Position numbers and translations under genes: made by a program
The notes under the pieces: generated by a model
Database searches by the model: none
What the model saw: the letters and a program-made list of their open reading frames with translations, nothing else
Told to the model about the DNA's origin: nothing
From: an uncultured Oscillospiraceae bacterium
GTDB taxonomy: Bacteria > Bacillota > Clostridia > Christensenellales > CAG-138
Reading direction: 5' to 3'
Assembly: GCA_964431505.1 (NCBI GenBank)
Contig: CAYSKA010000002.1
Coordinates: 1 to 28,052 of the forward strand
Length of the DNA stretch: 28,052 bases
Shown: positions 10,452 to 18,172 of the stretch, piece by piece
How positions within the stretch are numbered: position 1 is the first letter of the stretch
How the letters are laid out: the number at the start of each line of letters is the position of its first letter

Positions 10452-12068
10452 ATGACAGATTGGTTGACATACATTCTCACCATACTCGTTGCCGCAGCGT
10501 CGGCAGCGTCCTCACTGAAGTTCATTCATATGCTGCAGCTTGAAAGCTATCAGGGCAGGATGTACCTTAAATGGCTTAAAGCACACCTGTCCGATTGGCT
10601 TCCATACCTTAGCATAGGGCTTTTATCATGCGGAGTAAGGCTTTTGTCGGCAGCGATCAATAACCATGCTATTGAAACCCTTTTGTATCATGCTTCCGAT
10701 CTCCTCTGCATAGCGTCTCTTTTGGTTGTATTCATATTATGGTTAAAAAAAGACCATAGAAAGCCGCTTAAGTATACCGCCAGGGCTATACGGCTTATTG
10801 TCACGCTATCCATAATCTGCGCCGCGTTTTCGTGCGTCTCGCTTTTGGATATGGGCTATGCCGACGGAACTGTAATCTATATTATCAAATCCGTCATGCA
10901 TTTTTCGCCATGCATATTTGCGCCCATAATGGTATTACTTGCATATTTGATTACCTACCCTATAGAATGGCTGGTAAAAAGATGGTACTTTAATGATGCG
11001 AAACGAAGGCTGGCCGCCAGAGCCGACATTATAAAAATTGGTATAACCGGAAGCTATGGCAAAACCAGCACAAAGTTTATGCTAGCTTCCATGCTAAGCG
11101 AAAAGTATAATGTTTTATATACGCCTTCGAGCTATAACACGCCAATGGGCATTACCAAAATAGTTCGAGGTGAACTTAAGCCGGAACATCAAGTGTTTGT
11201 CGCTGAAATGGGCGCGCGCTACAAAGGCGATATAAAGGAGCTATGCGAGCTTGTGCGCCCCACGTATGGCATAATAACCGCCGTTGGGAAACAGCACCTT
11301 GAGACATTCGGCTCCTTTGAGGGCGTTATAAGCACAAAAGAGGAACTGCTGGACAGTCTGCCCATGGACGGCCATGCATTTATAAATGGCGACAGTACCG
11401 TTTGCATCGAAATGTTCGAGCGCTGCAAGGTGAGCGATAAAAACCTTTTTGGTATAGATGGCAAAGGCTTGTTTATGTATGCTGAAAATATTGAGGTTGG
11501 CGAACTAGGGAGTACCTTCGACCTTGTCAGCGGCGATGGATGCCGTGAAAGGTGTACTACGGCGCTTCTTGGGCGTCATAACATATTGAATATCACAGGC
11601 GCGGCTTCAGCGGCATATAATCTAGGCGTCAGTATGAAGCAGATATCAAACGCCATAGCCTCATTAGAGCCTGTGGAACACCGCCTTCAGCTTATCAAGG
11701 GAGCCGTTACCGTTATAGACGACGCGTTTAATTCCAATCCCGCCGGCGCTAAAGCGGCGCTTGAAGTGCTTTCGGCGTTCCGCGGGCGGCGAATAATAGT
11801 TACCCCTGGGATGGTGGAACTCGGCGATGAGGAAGCGGCCCTGAATGAGGAATTTGGCAGGCAAATCGCCAAATGCGCGGACATAGCGGTAATTGTGGGA
11901 GCAATAAACGGTGAAAACATCAGAAGAGGAATGCTTTTAGCTGGATTTGATGAAAAAAGCATTGTTATGGCCGCCACTTTTGCGGAGGCTACCGCAGCGT
12001 TGCCGACATATACGGAACCCGGATGCGTAGTATTGTTTGAAAATGATCTGACCGATAACTATAATTGA
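10452..12068 (+). CDS. murF: MurF-like Mur ligase with N-terminal transmembrane domain
   Basis: P-loop GITGSYGKTSTK, SYNT, EMGA, DDAFNSNP, TPGMVELG; about four hydrophobic helices in the first ~175 aa. Confidence 0.82.
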   Translation: MTDWLTYILTILVAAASAASSLKFIHMLQLESYQGRMYLKWLKAHLSDWLPYLSIGLLSCGVRLLSAAINNHAIETLLYHASDLLCIASLLVVFILWLKKDHRKPLKYTARAIRLIVTLSIICAAFSCVSLLDMGYADGTVIYIIKSVMHFSPCIFAPIMVLLAYLITYPIEWLVKRWYFNDAKRRLAARADIIKIGITGSYGKTSTKFMLASMLSEKYNVLYTPSSYNTPMGITKIVRGELKPEHQVFVAEMGARYKGDIKELCELVRPTYGIITAVGKQHLETFGSFEGVISTKEELLDSLPMDGHAFINGDSTVCIEMFERCKVSDKNLFGIDGKGLFMYAENIEVGELGSTFDLVSGDGCRERCTTALLGRHNILNITGAASAAYNLGVSMKQISNAIASLEPVEHRLQLIKGAVTVIDDAFNSNPAGAKAALEVLSAFRGRRIIVTPGMVELGDEEAALNEEFGRQIAKCADIAVIVGAINGENIRRGMLLAGFDEKSIVMAATFAEATAALPTYTEPGCVVLFENDLTDNYN

Positions 12069-12108
12069 CTTAGCCGCGCCCATAGCGGCCGGATCAATAG
12101 GAGGGAAT

Positions 12109-13275
12109 ATGAATTTAGGTATAATATTTGGAAGCAGGAGCGCTGAGCATGACGTATCGATAATTACCGGCCTTCAGGTGCTGGAAAACGCGGACAGGGA
12201 AAAGTATAACGCCTTTCCCATATACATATCACGGGAGGGAGTCTGGTTTGTTGGGGAGCCGCTGCGGGATATAAAAACCTATAGATCGTTTGACCCAAAT
12301 ATGAAAGGTTTGACAAGGGTCACTCTTCCCCCTGTTCCCGGCTTAAAGGGGTTGTATACGCTTAATTCCGGAGGGCTGTTTTCCAAGTCATCCAAGGTAC
12401 TGGACCTTGAATGCGCAATCTTAGCCTTGCACGGAATGCATGGCGAGGATGGGTGCGTCCAGGGATTGCTGGAACTTGCCGACATACCGTATTCCAGCAG
12501 CGGACTGGTCGGATCCTCTGTTGGCATGGATAAAATAATGATGAAAAGCGTGTTTAAGAGCATGGGACTTCCTGTTCTTGACAGCATATTCTTTTATAGG
12601 AGCCAATGGCGCAAAAACTCCGATAATATACTTGCAAAAGCTGAAGAACTGGGCTATCCTCTCTATATCAAGCCAGCTAACCTTGGCTCTTCAATCGGCA
12701 TCGGCCGCGCCGAAAATGCGCAGTCGCTTAGGAAGGCCATAGATGTTGCCGCAGAGTTTGACAGACGCATATTGGTGGAAAAAGGACTTGAAAAGCCTGT
12801 GGAGGTAAACTGCGCATGCATGGGCTTTGACGGGGAATGTACGGTTTCGCTGTGTGAGCAGCCCGTATCATGGGAAGACTATCTGACCTTTGAAGATAAG
12901 TATACTAGGAACGCGGGCAAAGGCATGAAAAGCCTGTCGCGGCGCATTCCCGCTCCAATAAGCGACGAGATGACATGCCGGATACAAACTTATACCTCTG
13001 AAATCTTCCGCACATTGGAGTGCAAGGGCGTAGTCAGGATTGACTATCTTATCGATACCTCTGAAAACCAGCCCTACGTCTGCGAAATCAACACTATTCC
13101 GGGCTCGATGGCGTATTATCTGTTTGAGCCGCTCGGAATATCCTTCAGGCAGCTGGTGGATAGGCTTGTGGAGTATGCGAACAAGGCACTGGCGCAGAAA
13201 CACTCATCCACTTTTGCATATGACTCTCAGATACTCAATAAGGCTCAGAAGAGCCAAAAAACCTTGAACAAGTGA
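12109..13275 (+). CDS. ddl: D-alanine--D-alanine ligase family protein (ATP-grasp)
   Basis: SAEHDVS, LHGMHGEDG, KPANLGSSIGI, omega-loop TFEDKY, RIDY, EINTIPGS. Confidence 0.9.
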   Translation: MNLGIIFGSRSAEHDVSIITGLQVLENADREKYNAFPIYISREGVWFVGEPLRDIKTYRSFDPNMKGLTRVTLPPVPGLKGLYTLNSGGLFSKSSKVLDLECAILALHGMHGEDGCVQGLLELADIPYSSSGLVGSSVGMDKIMMKSVFKSMGLPVLDSIFFYRSQWRKNSDNILAKAEELGYPLYIKPANLGSSIGIGRAENAQSLRKAIDVAAEFDRRILVEKGLEKPVEVNCACMGFDGECTVSLCEQPVSWEDYLTFEDKYTRNAGKGMKSLSRRIPAPISDEMTCRIQTYTSEIFRTLECKGVVRIDYLIDTSENQPYVCEINTIPGSMAYYLFEPLGISFRQLVDRLVEYANKALAQKHSSTFAYDSQILNKAQKSQKTLNK

Positions 13276-13294
13276 AAGGAAGAGGAAAGACACG

Positions 13295-14509
13295 ATGGCT
13301 AAGATCCAGATGCGTACGCCGTTGGTGGAGATGGACGGCGACGAAATGACCCGTATAATATGGTCAATGATCAAAACCGATCTGCTCGAACCCTATGTTG
13401 AACTTAAGACCGAATATTATGATTTAGGCCTTAAGCGCCGTGACGAAACCGATGACCAGATCACAGTTGAGGCGGCGGAGGCTGTCAAGAAGTATGGCGT
13501 AGGCGTTAAATGCGCTACAATCACCCCCAACGCTCAGAGGGTTACGGAATATAACCTTAAAAGAATGTACAAGAGTCCAAACGGAACTATCCGCGCGATA
13601 CTCGACGGAACAGTCTTCCGCACCCCGATTACGCTGAACTGCCTTAAGCCGTCAGTGCGCTCTTGGGTAAAGCCCATTACAATCGCCCGTCATGCCTATG
13701 GCGATATATATAAGTGCTCTGAATTCAGGGTACCTGGCCCTGGCAAGGCTGAGATCAGGTTCACCGATGCTGAAGGCAATGTATTGTTCGATGAAACCGT
13801 TTTTGATTTTAAGACCCCTGGCGTGCTCATGGGAATGTACAACAAGGATGACTCAATTACAAGCTTTGCGTGCGCATGCTTTGAATATGCTCTGTCAACC
13901 AAGCAGGACCTCTGGTTCTCAACCAAGGATACCATATCCAAAAAATACGACCATACCTTTAAGGATATCTTCCAGGAGATATTTGACACGGAATATAAGG
14001 CCAAGTTTGAAGAAGCCGGCATAACCTATTTCTATACGCTGATTGACGATGCGGTAGCTAGGGTTATCCGTTCCGAAGGCGGCTTTATATGGGCATGCAA
14101 GAACTATGACGGCGATGTTATGAGCGATATGGTAGCTACGGCATTCGGCTCCCTCGCTATGATGACCAGCGTTCTGGTATCCCCAGACGGCAACTACGAG
14201 TACGAAGCCGCCCACGGAACTGTAACGCGCCATTACTATAAGCACCTTGAGGGTGAGAGCACCTCGACAAACTCCATGGCAACCCTGTTTGCATGGACCG
14301 GCGCACTGAGAAAGCGCGCGCAGCTTGACGGCATAGCGGAACTTGTAAAGTTTGCTGATGATATGGATAGAGCCGCGCTTACCACCATTGAAAACGGCTT
14401 TATGACCAAGGACCTGGCACTCTTATCGGATCATGCCAATAAGACGGTGCTTGATACGGAAGGATTTATCCTTAAGGTCAAGGAAACTTACGAATCAATA
14501 GCTGGCTAA
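13295..14509 (+). CDS. icd: Isocitrate dehydrogenase, type II homodimeric, probably NADP-dependent
   Basis: VEMDGDEMTR, KCATITP, SPNGTIR, NYDGDVMSD, EAAHGTVTRHY (Arg-His typical of NADP binding). Confidence 0.96.
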   Translation: MAKIQMRTPLVEMDGDEMTRIIWSMIKTDLLEPYVELKTEYYDLGLKRRDETDDQITVEAAEAVKKYGVGVKCATITPNAQRVTEYNLKRMYKSPNGTIRAILDGTVFRTPITLNCLKPSVRSWVKPITIARHAYGDIYKCSEFRVPGPGKAEIRFTDAEGNVLFDETVFDFKTPGVLMGMYNKDDSITSFACACFEYALSTKQDLWFSTKDTISKKYDHTFKDIFQEIFDTEYKAKFEEAGITYFYTLIDDAVARVIRSEGGFIWACKNYDGDVMSDMVATAFGSLAMMTSVLVSPDGNYEYEAAHGTVTRHYYKHLEGESTSTNSMATLFAWTGALRKRAQLDGIAELVKFADDMDRAALTTIENGFMTKDLALLSDHANKTVLDTEGFILKVKETYESIAG

Positions 14510-14564
14510 CCCACGTTTGAGTAATTATCGCGGGCTTGCCGCAGGGCATGTTTGATGGTATTTC

Positions 14565-14600
14565 AAAGCGTACGGAAAACCGTACGCTTTATTTTTATTT
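14565..14600 (+). terminator. Intrinsic terminator after icd
   Basis: Perfect 11-bp stem AAAGCGTACGG-AAAA-CCGTACGCTTT followed by ATTTTTATTT. Confidence 0.9.
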
Positions 14601-14650
14601 AAGCTCTATAATTGCGCCATACCGGATGCAGTGTCCAAACTATAAGTCCG

Positions 14651-14668
14651 TTCAGATATACTTCAGAT
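14651..14668. repeat. 7-4-7 direct repeat (11-bp period), possible regulator site
   Basis: TTCAGAT-atac-TTCAGAT. Confidence 0.35.
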
Positions 14669-14739
14669 TATATGGATTTGGGTGAATATCCCGACCGATG
14701 CGGTCCTTTTTGTTTTCCATTTCTATCGCAGGATATACT

Positions 14740-14768
14740 TTGATTTAGTTTAACTAAAATGCTATGAT
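14740..14768 (+). promoter_or_regulatory. sigmaA-type promoter (extended -10) of the ECF operon, with an operator-like palindrome in the spacer
   Basis: TTGATT, 17 nt, TATGAT preceded by TGn; TTTAGTT-T-AACTAAA palindrome at 14744-14758. Confidence 0.7.
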
Positions 14769-14895
14769 TATATATTGATTACCATGCAGTCAAAGGGGCA
14801 GCTAAATCGTTATATTTATTGAATGGCAGACGGACTACTAAAACTTTACCAAGGACGGTGAGGCCGCCACGAATGACAAACAATTTAACAGCATA

Positions 14896-15378
14896 GTGAT
14901 TACCTACGAAAAACTGGTGTTTACCGTCTGCTACCGGCTTGTTGGCAATTACCACGACGCTCAAAACCTAACCCAGGACACCTTTATTGCCGCCTTCAAC
15001 CACATTGACCAAATGGATGGAAGCAACATTAAGGGATGGTTGGTAAGGATAGCGTCAAACAAGTCAAAGGATCTGCTTAAAAGCGCTTACTACCGCCGTG
15101 TGTCGATAACGGAAGATATGACTGAATTGGATATCCTCCGCGAAGAGACGTCTCCGGAACGCATTCTGATTGAGGGAGAAACGGGAGAAATAATACGTCA
15201 AAGCATAGACAATCTTCCGGAGCCATATCATGACGTTGCAATCCTATTCTTCCTTGAAGAAGCATCTGTGGAGGCAATCGCCACGAGGCTGTCAAGGCCC
15301 AAGAAGACCGTTCAGTCGCAGCTGTACAGAGCCAAGCTTAAGCTTAGAGAAGAACTAAAGGAGGTGCTTAAGTTATGA
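14896..15378 (+). CDS. ECF RNA polymerase sigma-70 factor (true N-terminus may extend to 14869)
   Basis: Region 2 (DAQNLTQDTFIAAF, GWLVRIASN) and region 4 (IATRLSRPKKTVQSQLYRAK). Confidence 0.92.
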   Translation: MITYEKLVFTVCYRLVGNYHDAQNLTQDTFIAAFNHIDQMDGSNIKGWLVRIASNKSKDLLKSAYYRRVSITEDMTELDILREETSPERILIEGETGEIIRQSIDNLPEPYHDVAILFFLEEASVEAIATRLSRPKKTVQSQLYRAKLKLREELKEVLKL

Positions 15379-15848
15379 ATGGAAATGAATACTTCGACGG
15401 TAATGGGCATCTGACCGACGCGGCCTTCAGAGCCCTTGCCTCAGGCAAACAGCTTGACGAACTTACCCGTCTGGAAATAGCTGAACACCTCTCGTTCTGC
15501 GACAAATGCGTTGAGAGCTGTGTTGACGCGGCACAAGCCGGGGAACTTGAAGAACTTGACGGCTCATGCCTATTGGGCGTACGGCGCGGGCTTCGCCGTA
15601 TAAAACGAAGCAATCTGGTTCACCGTGCGGCAACAGCGGCGCTTGCGGCAGTATTGGCCCTTACCCTGTGGTTTACAGGCATGTTTGATATTGACGTTGG
15701 CAAGGCCAGCGGAGTTTTTAACAATATCGACAGCGGGCTTTCAAGCGTTTGCGATTCGATCTCCGACTTTGGTAAAACTTTAATTGATGCACTTGGCAAT
15801 TTTACCGATCTAATTTCTTTTGAAAGGAATACTGACTATGAAGAATGA
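15375..15848 (+). CDS. Anti-sigma factor, ZAS (zf-HC2-like) domain with one TM helix
   Basis: HLT...EHLSFCDKC (H-x3-C-x2-C), TM segment AALAAVLALTLWF, 4-nt overlap with the sigma gene. Confidence 0.85.
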   Translation: MNGNEYFDGNGHLTDAAFRALASGKQLDELTRLEIAEHLSFCDKCVESCVDAAQAGELEELDGSCLLGVRRGLRRIKRSNLVHRAATAALAAVLALTLWFTGMFDIDVGKASGVFNNIDSGLSSVCDSISDFGKTLIDALGNFTDLISFERNTDYEE

Positions 15849-16377
15849 AAATACGTTCCTCACGTTTGTACTGGCAATGATACCCGGGGCCGGTATGATG
15901 TATCTTGGGGCAATGCGGCTTGGCACCTTAATAATGTTTATGTTCTGCTCTGTTATATGGCTGGCCTCAGCAACCTCCTTTTCGCTTATGGCTTTGATAT
16001 TGCCAGTAATCTGGTTTTATGCGTTTTTTAAAACCTTCCAGCTTAAAAACCTGGATGAAGATGGCCGGCTTAGCGAAGAAAAACGTCTAATCAGCGTTAG
16101 TGGGAAAAATACCGGCAGCTTGAAAGCGGTATTTAGCAAACGCCATCTTTGGCTTGGCGTACTATTATGCCTGGTTGGTCTATGGCTGACCATCGACTCC
16201 GTTATACTGCCGATACTTAGCCAGTATGGCGTTAATATCCCATACCCTATATATAATAGTATTCCGGACATATTTGTATCCCTGGTCCTGATAGTGCTGG
16301 GCGTCATGCTTGTCAAGGGTAGAAAAAAGAGCGACAACGGTGAAATTAAAGGATACGGAGGAAAGAAAGATGAATAA
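15838..16377 (+). CDS. Multi-pass membrane protein of the ECF operon
   Basis: GAAAGGA SD and ATG 15838 overlapping the anti-sigma stop; IPGAGMMYLG motif; about four TM helices. Confidence 0.8.
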   Translation: MKNENTFLTFVLAMIPGAGMMYLGAMRLGTLIMFMFCSVIWLASATSFSLMALILPVIWFYAFFKTFQLKNLDEDGRLSEEKRLISVSGKNTGSLKAVFSKRHLWLGVLLCLVGLWLTIDSVILPILSQYGVNIPYPIYNSIPDIFVSLVLIVLGVMLVKGRKKSDNGEIKGYGGKKDE

Positions 16378-17125
16378 TGAAAACTCTTCATCAGCCGAAC
16401 CAACTCCGTCTGTGCAGATTGCGGCCAAGCGGGTGAGGAGAGTAGGCACTATAACCATGGGCGCTACACTGGTGCTGGCAGGAGTGGCGATGCTTCTGTA
16501 CATCTTTTATCCAGGTTTCAATATATCATTTCTGCTGAGCCTGGCGCCCCTTGTGCTGATCGCCCTTGGTCTTGAGATGATAATTATGTATATCGTCCGG
16601 CGTGGGGAGCGCCTGCGCTATGACTTTGTTTCGACACTGTTGAGTATATTGCTTATTGCTTTTAGCATAGGCAGCGTATACATGTCGCAGTTTTTTAATG
16701 AGTATGGTCCTTCAAGCAGGGCGAAGCAAGAGGCAAAGTTCTCCGTTGCAAGAACCATCGAAAAGAACCTGAGCGACGCGCTTAAGGGAAACGAGCTTGT
16801 AATTGGGATTGATGTCGACAGCTATAATGGGCTGATTGTGGATGAAGCCGGAGTGTTTAATGCTGAAAACTCATACATAGCTTGCACTATTATCATGGCT
16901 GAGAGTAAAGATGTAAAGAATCCTGAGAGCTTTGCCAAAGAAGTAAGGTCGATAATGGATAGGCTTCTCGCTTTGGATTATGATTTTGCCGCAGTCAGGT
17001 TTAACAGCATGGAGGGATACTCGGTAAATCTGGATGATCCAACTAAGATGAATCTATCGCATCAGCTTCTTTCACAGCTTGTAAACAGTCCGGATGGCAA
17101 TGAAAATGCCTTTATACCCTATTGA
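16370..17125 (+). CDS. Membrane protein (LiaF/DUF5668-like N-terminal TM region) with C-terminal extracytoplasmic domain
   Basis: GGAGG SD and ATG 16370; RRVGTITMG...LAG motif, three TM helices, soluble C-terminus. Confidence 0.75.
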   Translation: MNNENSSSAEPTPSVQIAAKRVRRVGTITMGATLVLAGVAMLLYIFYPGFNISFLLSLAPLVLIALGLEMIIMYIVRRGERLRYDFVSTLLSILLIAFSIGSVYMSQFFNEYGPSSRAKQEAKFSVARTIEKNLSDALKGNELVIGIDVDSYNGLIVDEAGVFNAENSYIACTIIMAESKDVKNPESFAKEVRSIMDRLLALDYDFAAVRFNSMEGYSVNLDDPTKMNLSHQLLSQLVNSPDGNENAFIPY

Positions 17126-17145
17126 CCGAGTTGCGAGGTTAACTG

Positions 17146-17340
17146 ATGATGCGCGAACAGAATCATCAAAAAGGGAAAGTACGTCTGATGCCAAAACCAA
17201 TGATTATTGCAGCCCTGATGCTTGCAGCAATGATTTTGTCACTATACTTGGGTATTAAAAGCGTAGACTGGCTGCCATCACAAAAAGAGGGCGCTGCAAC
17301 AGGAAAATACGCTGAAGGTGAACCAGACCGTGAACTGTAG
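17146..17340 (+). CDS. Small single-pass membrane protein (64 aa)
   Basis: GAGG SD, 20 nt after the previous stop; basic N-terminus followed by hydrophobic MIIAALMLAAMILSLYLGI. Confidence 0.55.
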   Translation: MMREQNHQKGKVRLMPKPMIIAALMLAAMILSLYLGIKSVDWLPSQKEGAATGKYAEGEPDREL

Positions 17341-17374
17341 TTATGTATTAAGGCGTTTAGGTTCCCGACATGAC

Positions 17375-17676
17375 GGCGCCTATGTGTTCGACCGCTCTGG
17401 GATAAAGCCTTGGTAAACTTGCCGCCGGTACTTGAAAAGGGAGCGCGTATAATTCATCTCAATAAATTAACAAGTGATCTTATATGGATAGTTAAGCGTT
17501 CAGAAAGGGACGTGGGAAGGACGGACTTAAACGTCTCTCCCCCGTCCTTTTGTTATTCAGCACATTTTTTATGGCTGGATCCCGCCGGTTCGTTTTTATA
17601 AGCATACCCTCAGGAGACCCCAGGGAGCCGGATTTGTGGCCAGTTCAAGGCCGATGAGCGCGGCACTATCAGCGCT
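17375..17676 (+). ncRNA. ssrS: 6S RNA-like ncRNA with enlarged apical domain
   Basis: Ordered motifs GTGTTCG (17384), GGGAG (17439), ATACCC (17604), GTTCAA (17643), CGGCAC (17661). Nested complementarity: GGCGC/GCGCT, GTGTT/GGCAC, CGCTC/GAGCG, GCCTTG/CAAGGC, AACT/AGTT, GGG/CCC, TATAA/TTATA. Ends approximate. Confidence 0.65.
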
Positions 17677-17853
17677 ATTTCAAGCGACGAGAACATAAGA
17701 TATGGGCCAAATCCCGCCCTCCAGGCGTGCTTACCCTTGTCAACTGAGGATATCTTCGCCGCATTATCATATTGTGCTTTAAATACGATATGGAGCATAA
17801 ACATTTGTATACACCCATGCTTGTTTATAATGACGTCGGGGGAGGGTTCTAAT

Positions 17854-18150
17854 TTGGCTAAGCGTAAAATTAAGCTCCGCAAAAGGATGGCGGAAATGCT
17901 TGATCTGCCGGAAGATATAGTGCTGGATGTGCCAAAGTTAACGCTGATAGGCAATGAAACCATGTTGATTGAGAATCATAGCGGCATATATGAATACTCC
18001 GATGACGTTATCAGGCTCAACACACCCATTGGACTGCTGAGCATTATAGGGCTTGACCTTGTACTCAAGGAGTTGAGCCTGGAACGCCTGTATGTGACAG
18101 GAATCATATACGGCGTTAATTTCGAGGGTAAGAAAAAGACTAAAATGTAA
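17854..18150 (+). CDS. yqfC: Sporulation protein YqfC (YabP/YqfC family)
   Basis: LDLPEDIVLDVPKLTLIG...IENHSGIYEY. TTG 17854 after a GGGGGAGG SD (ORF track start at 17737 is over-extended); upstream of yqfD. Confidence 0.9.
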   Translation: MAKRKIKLRKRMAEMLDLPEDIVLDVPKLTLIGNETMLIENHSGIYEYSDDVIRLNTPIGLLSIIGLDLVLKELSLERLYVTGIIYGVNFEGKKKTKM

Positions 18151-18172
18151 ATATTTCGAGGGATTATTCATT

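Noticed and set aside
12880-12905. Ddl as a D-Ala-D-Lac (vancomycin-resistance type) ligase
   Set aside because: The omega loop ends in KY (Tyr), as in D-Ala-D-Ala ligases, not KF; no vanH/vanX/vanRS genes nearby.
14783-14850. Riboswitch in the ECF leader (CAAAGGGG recalls yybP-ykoY; GCTAA...TGGCAG recalls c-di-GMP-I)
   Set aside because: The partner strands and core motifs (GACCUUUG; GGCAAAC/GCAAAGC) are absent.
17432-17453. TTGAAA/TATAAT promoter
   Set aside because: Spacer is only 10 nt; these bases are better explained as part of the 6S-like stem (TATAA/TTATA).
17673-17815. sigmaE promoter for yqfC (CATAAGAT or GCATAAA...CATGCTTG)
   Set aside because: Expected biologically, but each candidate matches only one element well.
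18119-18162. ATTTCGAGGG repeated twice at the yqfC/yqfD junction
   Set aside because: A 10-bp local duplication, the second copy serving as the yqfD SD; no evidence of further function.
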